Source: Burkholderiales bacterium (GTDB lineage Bacteria > Pseudomonadota > Gammaproteobacteria > Burkholderiales > UBA11063). Taken from it: a stretch of DNA of 32,000 nt. Positions 8,711 through 17,607 of the stretch are shown here, in pieces; position 1 is the first letter of the stretch; the number at the start of each line of letters is the position of its first letter. The notes beneath the pieces were generated by a model. That model searched no databases and was not told where the DNA came from. It was given only the letters and a program-made list of their open reading frames with translations. A program made the position numbers and the translations under genes. The stretch is taken from NCBI GenBank assembly GCA_020697255.1, contig JAJFBE010000007.1, positions 93,410 through 125,409 of the forward strand, written 5' to 3'.

Positions 8711-9427
8711 TTAATTACTATCTGAATCCGAACCTGTATCTGTATCTGTATCCGAACCTGTATCCTGATCTAGATCTTTAATATAGAAAGGAAGTGCTTT
8801 ATTTATCAAAAAATTATGTTCATTGTCTGCATCGTTAGGCTCATAGTATCCTACTTTGTAATTAGTTATTTTTAGCTTACACTGAAACCAGATCCCACTA
8901 CTACCGGAGATTTTTTCAGCACGGGGATTGCCATCACCATCGAAAGACATTGTAAAAAAACCCGTAGCTCTCCAGTATTTAGGGGAAAGTTTACTTTGTT
9001 CCAGCTTTGAATCTGCTGGGTATATATATCCTGACGTAATAGTACTTGTTATAGGATCTGCATTACCAAAATACCCCCCCTTATAGTTAAATATATTAGG
9101 ATAATAAAAGTTGCTTTTTAAATTCGAACCCGAACATTTTTCTAAAGGGGTATTAGCTGCCCAACATGACAAATATATGTACCTAACTATATGTTTCCCT
9201 TCTTTTCTACCTATAATTTCCTCCTGGTTTTGTTCCACTTCCCATAAATTGGTAATGCTTGGGTCATTTATAACCCTTTTTTCGCCATTTGCATATTTTA
9301 TTGTAATTTGCTGTGGAATAGGCTTGCAAAGTAAATGTTCATAAGTTTTTATTTCAGCTATACATACACATGGTATAAACGTAATAAATAAACCAGATAA
9401 AAAACTTTTTAAAGATAATTTTTTCAT
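8711..9427 (-). CDS. Secreted hypothetical protein with an acidic D/T/S/G-repeat C-terminal tail
   Basis: Start re-set to ATG 9427 (MKKLSLKSFLSGLFITFIPCVCIA/EIK, a signal peptide); the track start at 9535 adds 36 non-signal residues. The C-terminus is DLDQDTGSDTDTDTGSDSDSN, encoded by a gaacctgtatc-type DNA repeat at 8714-8770. The blocks FQCKLKI...KALPFY may be distantly related to the six-cysteine family. Confidence 0.6.
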   Translation of the reverse strand: MKKLSLKSFLSGLFITFIPCVCIAEIKTYEHLLCKPIPQQITIKYANGEKRVINDPSITNLWEVEQNQEEIIGRKEGKHIVRYIYLSCWAANTPLEKCSGSNLKSNFYYPNIFNYKGGYFGNADPITSTITSGYIYPADSKLEQSKLSPKYWRATGFFTMSFDGDGNPRAEKISGSSGIWFQCKLKITNYKVGYYEPNDADNEHNFLINKALPFYIKDLDQDTGSDTDTDTGSDSDSN

Positions 9428-9601
9428 TTCACATCCTAATAAGAAAACACCAATATCAATTAGATAAATATTTATAATTATACCATTTTCCAGGGATTTC
9501 TGCTGGCCTTTCATTTTTACAGCATAGAGGAACACTTTATGTCATCCTCGGACTTTTTCTAGGGATCCATAATGCTTATAATAAATTTGGATTATTAAAA
9601 A

Positions 9602-12403
9602 TTAAGCTATATTCTTAATTCTGTTATCATCGGTTTTTAAAATAACAGTCAGATATGGCGGAATGATAGCAGGATCAATTTCTTCGCCAGTTAGCATTAC
9701 CAAATTGGTAAATCCCTTTTTGTTTAATTTTTTTGCTATTTCTATCCCATCCCCGATATATTTAGGTTTTAGGCCCCAATTTTCGGAATAAAAATGGTCA
9801 AGCACAATTTTGGTATTTAACGGATACTGCTCTACATCCTCAAGAAAAACATTCGGATTACTGTACATATCAACTTTTAGATGCGGGAAAAAGCGCTCAA
9901 CATACCCATGTACAAAACCCAAATCATCATCGACACATACCATGTCTACTTTTTTACTGCCTTGCTTTATTTGTTTATCCACATTTATGGCAACAGCAAA
10001 AACTAGTTCTTTCGGCAGGATTTTAACTCCTAGATTCGCAGCTCTTTCACGTATTTCAATATTATCATAGTGGCTTGTGACCAAAGTAGAGCGTTTAATA
10101 TTAATTTGCTCTACTACCTGTAACCCATTTATACCATGGTTTAATAATTCATAATCAGTTAACATACAAACTTTATCTCTCTCTTTGACAGATAAAGAAT
10201 TTATAAAATTAATAACATCTACGCCTTTAGTAAAATGTTTTATTGTAAGGCTATCTGATAATTTAGCCAAAATAGGTTCAAATTTCGAGTCCCAGGTACC
10301 ATGAATCGAATCATCGTCATCTAAAACTATTATGGTATCGCCTTTGATGATTTTAACCTCTTCTGCGATCCAACCTGGTGATGGAATTTTAGGTAGCCTT
10401 AACATAATCGAACTACACTCTCCCTCAGTAGAATGTATTTTAAACTCCCCGTAATTACGTTTTAATGTTTCACGAACCTGCGTTAGACCAATTCCGTGAC
10501 CATCCTTCTTACCTGAAGTAACACTAAAATTTCCCTCTATTTTATTAATTAATTCCTGGGACATGCCACAGCCGTTATCTTCAATAAAAACATTTATCCA
10601 GTCAGGTATAATATTAAGCTCAACCTTAATTTTACCATCTGGTTTGTCACCTAGTGCCTGAACCGAATTATTAATAACATTAGAAATCATTCGTTTAAAC
10701 TGCCCCGGTTCTACCTGAGTAAAAGAAAAATAGGCATTTAGCGAGAAATCAGTCTCGATAATAATATTTTTATGTTCAAACCGCTTTTCACTCACGACTT
10801 CGCTTAAAGCCGTTGATACTAGCATCGATTCTGCCAGCTCGTTATTATTTACTTCTTTTTTATAGCTGCCAAGCATATGGCTGGCAATAGCGCTAATACG
10901 CATTGATGCCTGACGTAGGGTGATACGTTTTTGCTCCGGCATAATACCTGCCGTATCCTCTACTATCCCGCGCAGGCTGGCTAGCGGCGATTGAATATCA
11001 TGTACCATCTGCCCAACTATTTTTCTAAACTTTTCCTGCTCCTCTGCAGCAGCTGCAGCCTTTTGTTTTTCATTTTCTAATTTTTGTAATTCATTTTCTA
11101 GTCTAAGGCGTTCTGTTTCTTTTTCTGCCGCCTCTTTTTCTAAAAGCATTTGCTTCATTTTATTTTCTGCTTCTAGCTTTCGGTTCTCATGTTTTAAGCG
11201 TTCAGCTTCTTTCAAAGCAATAAGCTTTTCCTTTTCAGCTAAAGTAGCTTTACTTGCCTCATTTTCAAACTTTAACTGCTCTGCTTCTTTTTGTGCAGTT
11301 ATATCAATTGATATACCAACGAGTCCTATTATTTCTTTATTGCTATTATAAAGAGGGACTTTATTTGACAGAAATACTCCTTGCTTACCATTAGGTAAAT
11401 TCCCAGGTTCTTCCAGTGAAACAGGATTCCCACTCATAACCTCCCAATTAGCCTGATCTAGCTCAGTAACTAATTGATCAGCGCCCTTATTCCAGGGTAA
11501 ATCTTTATTTCTCAACCCAACAATGTCTTTTCTTGATCCAAGCCCGGCTGACTTTGCCTGGTTATTATTGCAACCCAAATAAACACCATTTGTATCTAAC
11601 CAGTAAACATGGCCAGGCATAATAGCAATTATATTTTCCAACATTTCCAAATATTCTTTGTCTTTGGTTAAATCATTAATACTGTTAACGCTGTCAAATA
11701 TCCGGGGCTTAAACTGATCCGCATGTCTAAACCTAATTGTAGCAGGATGTAATAACTCCGGATACTTTGGCAATACGAATTTTTTATGTGTTGCACTCAT
11801 AGCCTCATTTCTAGGCCCTGGATAAACTTCAAATTGACAATTCAAGGATGTCCATAAACATAATGCTGCGCATTCCTCGGTTAAATAAGCCATAGAAAGC
11901 TGCTTAGCACGGCTTATGTTAAAATTACTATCAGGGCTAGATCTTTTTCTCGATTTGTCAACAAAATTTTCTACAACTTTATCAAATTTAGCTTTATAAG
12001 CCGGATCGGTTTTTATGGCCTCTCTAATCATATTATTGTGCTGTTTGAAGTTGTCATGCTTAAGCCATTGGTCCCAATGTAATATTTTATAAGGGATAGT
12101 TAAGCTATCATAATATTGTTTATTTCTCTGCAACCAATTCCTACCTTCCAGTATTGCTAAGTTATAATAATCATCTGGAGATTTATCACTATTTAAGGCC
12201 ATAGTATAACGTTGTAAGCTATCATCAACTAAAATAATACATGATTTAAAAGATTTATTAATTAGGTCAATTGTCAGCTTAAAAAGCTCTCCTTCGTGCA
12301 TTTCTTGCCCCACACTAATAGTTAAAAGACAGGCAGAGTCAGCAAATTGTGCTTTTTGCTCTAAACTAATATTTTTAAATGCAATTTTTATTTTATTTTC
12401 CAT
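9602..12403 (-). CDS. Cytoplasmic hybrid sensor histidine kinase: cyclodipeptide-synthase-like N-domain + PAS + coiled coil + HisKA/HATPase_c + two receiver domains
   Basis: 933 aa with no TM segment. PAS at aa ~245-370. E/K-rich coiled coil at ~372-460. H-box VH468DIQSPL, N-box NVINNS, G1 EDNGCGM, G2 GHGIGL. REC1 has DD695/696, D750 and LVTS; REC2 has VCVDDD, D869 and MLTG. For the N-terminal 235 aa see the findings. GGAG lies 11 nt upstream of the ATG. Confidence 0.85.
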   Translation of the reverse strand: MENKIKIAFKNISLEQKAQFADSACLLTISVGQEMHEGELFKLTIDLINKSFKSCIILVDDSLQRYTMALNSDKSPDDYYNLAILEGRNWLQRNKQYYDSLTIPYKILHWDQWLKHDNFKQHNNMIREAIKTDPAYKAKFDKVVENFVDKSRKRSSPDSNFNISRAKQLSMAYLTEECAALCLWTSLNCQFEVYPGPRNEAMSATHKKFVLPKYPELLHPATIRFRHADQFKPRIFDSVNSINDLTKDKEYLEMLENIIAIMPGHVYWLDTNGVYLGCNNNQAKSAGLGSRKDIVGLRNKDLPWNKGADQLVTELDQANWEVMSGNPVSLEEPGNLPNGKQGVFLSNKVPLYNSNKEIIGLVGISIDITAQKEAEQLKFENEASKATLAEKEKLIALKEAERLKHENRKLEAENKMKQMLLEKEAAEKETERLRLENELQKLENEKQKAAAAAEEQEKFRKIVGQMVHDIQSPLASLRGIVEDTAGIMPEQKRITLRQASMRISAIASHMLGSYKKEVNNNELAESMLVSTALSEVVSEKRFEHKNIIIETDFSLNAYFSFTQVEPGQFKRMISNVINNSVQALGDKPDGKIKVELNIIPDWINVFIEDNGCGMSQELINKIEGNFSVTSGKKDGHGIGLTQVRETLKRNYGEFKIHSTEGECSSIMLRLPKIPSPGWIAEEVKIIKGDTIIVLDDDDSIHGTWDSKFEPILAKLSDSLTIKHFTKGVDVINFINSLSVKERDKVCMLTDYELLNHGINGLQVVEQINIKRSTLVTSHYDNIEIRERAANLGVKILPKELVFAVAINVDKQIKQGSKKVDMVCVDDDLGFVHGYVERFFPHLKVDMYSNPNVFLEDVEQYPLNTKIVLDHFYSENWGLKPKYIGDGIEIAKKLNKKGFTNLVMLTGEEIDPAIIPPYLTVILKTDDNRIKNIA

Positions 12404-13143
12404 AATATTATGCTCCGCTATGCTAAATTAATACTCTTTTACAAACTAGTACTTGGTAAAGTATTTATATTTTATAATCAGGATAATAATGAATTAATAT
12501 GTTATCGTGTCTTACTAACCTATGTATTACAAGTAATATGTTTATTACATCAAACCCTATAAATATTAGTAATGAAATGCTTTGCACATTTTACCATTTT
12601 ATAAGTTTCACTATTTGTGGAATAAACAATATAGCATTTATAAAAACACCAATTCCTATTATAAATTCTATAATATTTACGAAGGAACGCATACATAGTC
12701 CCGATATGGTAATTATTTACAATTGTTTTTAAAGACAAGCATATAGGTGGATAAGAATAATTTTCTATTATAGCATGTTGATAAATTTGTGTAACTATTT
12801 TATTTAGTATAAGCAATTGTATAAATATGACTCCAAATTTAGCAATTTCATTTTTTAAGTAGATATAGTTTAATAACTGCCTACACATATAGATGTTTAT
12901 AAGGTTTGTGAAAAACCTGGTAATTATATCCTCATAAACATAATGAACATTGTATAATTGTAGTCTAATTCTGAGTAATATAGTTAACTTTTTTGTGGCT
13001 TATATAAAATTATATATTATCATATTATTTTATTGAAGTTATAAAGTTTAACGTATTTTATATAACCTGCTCGTTTAATTATCTTCTTATTATAACTTCA
13101 GTATAAAATTATTTTAATTTTTTGTTATAAGAGAGAATTTTAA

Positions 13144-14508
13144 ATGACGCTAGCGCAAAATAGTTCATTAGATAATGTTAAACCCCTTACAGGGTATGAA
13201 GTTTATAAAACATTACTCCTAGTAAACCCTGAATTAGCTAAATGTATAAAAAATTACATTACTAATGATGAAATAATTGCTTTTAAAGCAAGCTACCCTT
13301 TTGGCAGTAAAATCATTAAGAATCGTGAAGTATTCTTACCACTTGATAACGGTGAAAGCATATCGTTTAATGATCAAAGGTTACCCTCATTATTACGTGA
13401 ACATCTGAGCTATAATCCAGGAGTTAATAATCCAGTCGGAATAATTTTAAGTAAAGACTCTGAATTTTATATGCAGCATAACGACCGTGTTGAATCTTAT
13501 CAAATAGTATCCCCGGGACATTTAATTGGTTTTGCACATATCATGGACAGTGTTGCATCACCCAAAAATCCCAAAGTTCAGAAAAAAATATATATTTCTG
13601 ATTTAGATTTGGATGCAGGCGCTAGGTTACTTTTTATGCTGGCTAATATATCTAATAGCCAGCAACATAACAATTTACTGGAAGCATATGGAATAAATAT
13701 TGCTAAACCTACTGATTATATGCAGCAATGCAATATTTTTAGAGCAATTAGTAATAGTGCACCGTCATGGGCACAAGATATTATATTTTTTTCAAATAAA
13801 TTTTCAAATGAATTAATCATAGACCCAACAAAGAGAGAACTATATGCACAATTTAGCCATACCCATCGTTCGGCTTATACTGTATGGCATTATGCAATTC
13901 GTACCTGGGATAGTGAGATCAACAGGATAATGAGTGCAACAGGAGCAAATGATTATTCGTCTTATGCTGTAAATATTGCCAAACATTTATTTTTAATTGC
14001 TATCGGCGGCGCTCCTGGTTTTGCCCCGGTAATTGACGACAGAATGTGCCCAAAATCACTAATAGAAGAAGCATATACAACCAAAGGATATGGCTTGACA
14101 AGACAATGGCCTACTCTTATGCAGCCAGAGATATTTAATTTGGAAAACAATCAGCCGGTTTATTACTCACCAAATTTATCTACGTTATTTAACTTTAACC
14201 CGGAAACATTTAAAGGTAAAACAGTTATCGATCTTCTGGATAAGGTATTAACTGTTGTCAACTTATGCCAAAATTATGTATTAAAGAACTTAAAAAGCAA
14301 AGAATCATATTTATATGACATTATGAAAAGCGTGAAATTTTCTTTTTATCACAGTAATCCCGATCCTGAAAACTTTAGCCGGGAGATTAAGAATAGTCTA
14401 CTGCTACCTGAAGAAGACGCACGATTTCATAAACATGGCTGGGTTTTCCCTAACCTAAGCCATTTTGTACGTGGATGTATCAAAATTGAGCCAATAAGTA
14501 ATGCATAA
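13144..14508 (+). CDS. Hypothetical protein (454 aa), no recognisable family
   Basis: Long uninterrupted ORF with normal amino-acid composition. A GAGAG purine tract lies ~9 nt upstream of the ATG. No signal peptide or TM segment. It is divergent from the hybrid kinase gene. Confidence 0.6.
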   Translation: MTLAQNSSLDNVKPLTGYEVYKTLLLVNPELAKCIKNYITNDEIIAFKASYPFGSKIIKNREVFLPLDNGESISFNDQRLPSLLREHLSYNPGVNNPVGIILSKDSEFYMQHNDRVESYQIVSPGHLIGFAHIMDSVASPKNPKVQKKIYISDLDLDAGARLLFMLANISNSQQHNNLLEAYGINIAKPTDYMQQCNIFRAISNSAPSWAQDIIFFSNKFSNELIIDPTKRELYAQFSHTHRSAYTVWHYAIRTWDSEINRIMSATGANDYSSYAVNIAKHLFLIAIGGAPGFAPVIDDRMCPKSLIEEAYTTKGYGLTRQWPTLMQPEIFNLENNQPVYYSPNLSTLFNFNPETFKGKTVIDLLDKVLTVVNLCQNYVLKNLKSKESYLYDIMKSVKFSFYHSNPDPENFSREIKNSLLLPEEDARFHKHGWVFPNLSHFVRGCIKIEPISNA

Positions 14509-14509
14509 T

Positions 14510-14529
14510 ATAACAACCTTCGGTGTTAT
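14510..14529. terminator. Small hairpin filling the 20-nt gap between convergent stops (454-aa gene / parB)
   Basis: ataacaacc-ttc-ggtgttat: 8 bp with one bulge and a tight loop. The stem is AT-rich, so this is weak. Confidence 0.25.
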
Positions 14530-15410
14530 TAGCCGACAAGTTCAAGTAGCCGATCCAGCTCATCCAGCGTAGCATAGCTAAGAACTATCTTACCGCTACC
14601 TGTACGTCCATGTTTGATGCTAACCATCATTCCCAGTTTGTCAGCTATCTTGGTTTCAAGTTTACCAATATCCGGGTCAGCAGCTAACTTGCTCTTAGTC
14701 TTTTTATGCGGCGTATTTTGATGTAATATCTTGGCTACCCGTCGTTCTACCTCAGCAGTAGTGAAATCATTGTCTATTGCCAAATTAGCCAAGGCAAGCT
14801 GTACCGTTTCCCCCAAAGGCAATAATGCCCTGGCATGCCCCATGTCCAACTGTCCACGGATAACCATGTCTTGTACTTCAGGGTGTAAGTTTAGCAGGCG
14901 TAATGTATTTGAAATGTGGCTACGGGAGCGTCCGGTAACTTTGGATAATTCAATATGTGTTAATTTAAATTCATCAATCAGGCGTTTATAACCGAGGGAC
15001 TCTTCTATAGCATTTAAATCTTTACGCTGGATATTTTCTATAAGTGATACGGCAAGAGCTTCCTGGTCGCTAAATTCACGGATAATTGCCGGAATTTGCT
15101 TAAACCCAGCCAAATTACTGGCACGAAACCGCCGTTCACCGGCTATAATTTCATATTGGCCGCTCTTTATCTCGCGAACCACAATTGGTTGAATAACCCC
15201 GTTACTTTTTATTGAATCCGATAGTTCCTGTAGTTCCGTCTCATCAAAAGCCTTACGTGGCTGGAATTTTCCCGGCTTAATTTTATCTAATTTAATTTCC
15301 AAAACCTGAACCGACTTATCATTCTTATCTATTTTGGAAGATGTTCCTACAGACGTGGATGCAGAAAGCAGTGCATCCAGCCCCTTACCCAAACCTTTTA
15401 ATTTTGCCAT
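14529..15410 (-). CDS. parB: Chromosome partitioning protein ParB (Spo0J)
   Basis: N-terminus MAKLKGLGKGLDALL, the ParB box IIAGERRFRA, and an HTH region. It follows parA with a 1-nt gap. Confidence 0.95.
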   Translation of the reverse strand: MAKLKGLGKGLDALLSASTSVGTSSKIDKNDKSVQVLEIKLDKIKPGKFQPRKAFDETELQELSDSIKSNGVIQPIVVREIKSGQYEIIAGERRFRASNLAGFKQIPAIIREFSDQEALAVSLIENIQRKDLNAIEESLGYKRLIDEFKLTHIELSKVTGRSRSHISNTLRLLNLHPEVQDMVIRGQLDMGHARALLPLGETVQLALANLAIDNDFTTAEVERRVAKILHQNTPHKKTKSKLAADPDIGKLETKIADKLGMMVSIKHGRTGSGKIVLSYATLDELDRLLELVG

Positions 15411-15411
15411 T

Positions 15412-16254
15412 TTATAACCTTTTTAATAATTCTTTTGCTAACCCCATATATGCAACAGAGCCGCTTGCCTGCGGGTCAAAAACCACTCCCGGCAAACCAA
15501 AACTTGGAGCTTCAGCTAAGCGTACATTTCGGGGAATAAATGTCTTAAACATCTTTTTACTAAAATGAGTAAATAACTGCTCTGAAACTTGCAACGATAA
15601 ATTGTTCCGCCCATCAAACATGGTACGGACAATTCCCAATAGTTTTATATCCGGATTCAGGCCATTTTTTAAACGGTCAATAGTATTTAATAAATCAGTC
15701 AACCCTTCTAATGCATAATATTCACATTGAATCGGAACTAAAATATAATTTGTTGCAATTAAACCATTTAAAGTTAGTAAACTCAGCGATGGTGGACAAT
15801 CCAGAAGAATGATATCATAAGAATCTTTAAGTTTTACCAAGCTATTTTTAAGCCTTGACTCACGTTTATCCAAATCAACTAATTCAATTTCTGCACCGGA
15901 TAAGTTTCTATTAGCAGGGATAATATCAAAACCGGATTTATCCATATGCAAGATTGCACTTCCTACATCTACATCATTAACCAAAACCTCATATATTGAA
16001 GTTGCCAATTGATTTTTATCTATACCACAGCCTGTTGTTGTATTACCCTGCGGGTCCAGATCAATTACTAACACTTTTTTCCCTTTACGGGCTATGGCAG
16101 ATGCCAGATTTAATACAGTGGTCGTCTTGCCTACACCGCCTTTTTGGTTTACTACTGCAATTATATTTTTAGCTGCTTTATTATCCATCAAATTTCTGCT
16201 TAATTCCGCAGAAACTCCGCTTTGCTTCGTTTTCATATCTTCATTTCTAAACAT
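15412..16254 (-). CDS. parA: Chromosome partitioning ATPase ParA (Soj)
   Basis: Deviant Walker A NQKGGVGKTT, then DLDPQGN and ILLDCPPSL. Alternative in-frame ATGs at 16236 and 16188 would give the more usual short N-terminus (MDNKAAKNIIAVVNQKGG). Confidence 0.92.
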   Translation of the reverse strand: MFRNEDMKTKQSGVSAELSRNLMDNKAAKNIIAVVNQKGGVGKTTTVLNLASAIARKGKKVLVIDLDPQGNTTTGCGIDKNQLATSIYEVLVNDVDVGSAILHMDKSGFDIIPANRNLSGAEIELVDLDKRESRLKNSLVKLKDSYDIILLDCPPSLSLLTLNGLIATNYILVPIQCEYYALEGLTDLLNTIDRLKNGLNPDIKLLGIVRTMFDGRNNLSLQVSEQLFTHFSKKMFKTFIPRNVRLAEAPSFGLPGVVFDPQASGSVAYMGLAKELLKRL

Positions 16255-16271
16255 TCATCGTCTTTAAATTC

Positions 16272-16883
16272 TTATTTTAATTTTTTATACTTTAAAAGTA
16301 TACGTTCATCATCTACACCCGGAATTTTAACTTTAATTTGTTCACAATTTATAACTTTTTCATCTACTTTACTTTTCATCGCTAAAAAATATCCGCCATC
16401 GGCTAGTAAGTGATACGTTAGATCAATAAAAAGCCTTGTGTTAGCAAATGCCCGGGATATAATAACATCAAATTTTTGTTTTGGGATATATTCTTCTACC
16501 CGGCTACATACAACATCTATATTTGTTAAATTAAGTTCAATTGCAACCTGTTTTAAAAATGTACATTTTTTCTGGCTGCTATCTAATAAGGTAAACCGGA
16601 TTGTTGGGTACCAAATGCCTAAAACCACTCCCGGGACACCCATGCCGCTACCAACATCAATAATATTTGCCGCCTCTGTAACATAAGGCGCAACAGTCAA
16701 ACCATCAAGCAAATGGTGCGTTATGATATGCTTTGTTTGCACAATTGCAGTTAAGCTATAAACCTTATTCCATTTTTGAAGTAAGCCGGTATATGCAATT
16801 AGTTGATCTACTTTTTCCTCATCTGGAGTTAAGCCAAGCTCGTTAATACCATTAATTAATAGTTTCGTTTGCTCATGTGTCAT
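16272..16883 (-). CDS. rsmG: 16S rRNA (guanine527-N7)-methyltransferase RsmG (GidB)
   Basis: 203 aa. SAM-binding motif IDVGSGMGVPGVVLG. Canonical position upstream of parAB. Confidence 0.9.
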   Translation of the reverse strand: MTHEQTKLLINGINELGLTPDEEKVDQLIAYTGLLQKWNKVYSLTAIVQTKHIITHHLLDGLTVAPYVTEAANIIDVGSGMGVPGVVLGIWYPTIRFTLLDSSQKKCTFLKQVAIELNLTNIDVVCSRVEEYIPKQKFDVIISRAFANTRLFIDLTYHLLADGGYFLAMKSKVDEKVINCEQIKVKIPGVDDERILLKYKKLK

Positions 16884-16963
16884 GAGTTACTCTATCTCCT
16901 GGCCCCCAGCCTGCGCGAGGATGACAGATCTTGGGGATGGCATGCCTGATAGTGAAATATGAT

Positions 16964-17602
16964 TTATTTCTCCCATTTGCTAAACTCATCACCTTTAATC
17001 ATATAGCCCTCATTTACATAGTCCAGCAGCTCATGGTCACCCCTGGAATTACCATAACCATAGCTATAGTCAAAATTCAATCCTTTTTCAGTCAAATACT
17101 GCTCTAGGCGTATGACTTTCTGCTCACCATAACAATTACGCGTAGCTAACTTACCGGTTGCAGTCCCATTTACAAATTCTAGCTCGGTGGCAATCACGTC
17201 TCCTATCTTATGTATATCAATCCAATGACGTAAATATATTGCCAGATTAGCACTAATTATAACTACCTTATGCCTATGTTCTATATGATACTCAAGCTTG
17301 GCAAAAACCTCAGGCTTAATATATTTACTTATATGGGTATAGGCAAAGCTCTTTGCTTTTTTATCCAAATTAGTAAAACTATATCCTTTTAAAAGTATAA
17401 TTAAAATCCGCTCTTTAGCCTTTTCATTATCTATTATTCGCAGTATATATAAAATAATATTCGGTGCAATTCGAGGCATATTAAGTAAAATTCTAGACCA
17501 CCCAACGCAATGAACCAAGAACGGCAATAATGTATCTTCAGTAGTTATTGTCCCATCAAAATCAAAATAAGCCGCTATATTTAGGCGATTAGAATCATTC
17601 AT
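16964..17602 (-). CDS. HAD-IB family hydrolase (SerB-like phosphatase superfamily)
   Basis: HAD motif I, YFDFDGTIT, close to the N-terminus, and a C-terminal GNSRGDHELL (motif IV-like). The track start is GTG 17611, which overlaps the prfA stop. ATG 17602, with GAGAG upstream, is preferred and lies 5 nt after the prfA stop. Confidence 0.8.
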   Translation of the reverse strand: MNDSNRLNIAAYFDFDGTITTEDTLLPFLVHCVGWSRILLNMPRIAPNIILYILRIIDNEKAKERILIILLKGYSFTNLDKKAKSFAYTHISKYIKPEVFAKLEYHIEHRHKVVIISANLAIYLRHWIDIHKIGDVIATELEFVNGTATGKLATRNCYGEQKVIRLEQYLTEKGLNFDYSYGYGNSRGDHELLDYVNEGYMIKGDEFSKWEK

Positions 17603-17607
17603 AATAA

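Noticed and set aside
9540-9550. The 11-mer TGTCATCCTCG recurs in inverted orientation at 16916-16926, and similar GTCATT(C/T)C strings occur at 18717-18726 and 18843-18850, all in intergenic DNA. This could be a small dispersed repeat.
   Set aside because: An 11-mer is expected to recur by chance dozens to hundreds of times in 32 kb when both strands are compared, and the flanks of the copies do not align. This is not supportable as a repeat family without a genome-wide count.
11040-11290. Repetitive-looking T/C-rich DNA inside the kinase gene.
   Set aside because: It is explained by the E/K/L-rich coiled-coil coding segment (GAA/AAA/AAG codon runs). It is not an independent repeat element.
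12499-12888. Two mutually overlapping ORFs (12499-12732 + and 12550-12888 -) in the long AT-rich spacer.
   Set aside because: The translations are low-complexity and I/N/Y/F/K-rich, as expected from random AT-rich DNA. The ORFs overlap each other on opposite strands and have no RBS or recognisable motif. I treat the region as non-coding.
12404-13143. Possible oriC (an AT-rich spacer near rsmG-parAB) or a dif site.
   Set aside because: Only one 8/9 DnaA-box match was seen (GGTGGATAA at 12746-12754), plus a few 7/9 matches that are expected in AT-rich DNA. There is no clustered box array. Genes to the right of the spacer are almost all on the minus strand, the opposite of what an origin here would predict. 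The best dif-like stretch (around 12938-12965) matches only about two thirds of the gammaproteobacterial consensus. A whole-genome GC-skew analysis would be decisive.
14400-16300. parS centromere sites (TGTTNCACGTGAAACA) near parAB.
   Set aside because: No convincing match was found by eye in or around parAB. The nearest CACGTGAAAAC-containing string lies inside hemA (~20015-20030), and it lacks the other half-site. A position-weight-matrix scan of the genome would settle this.
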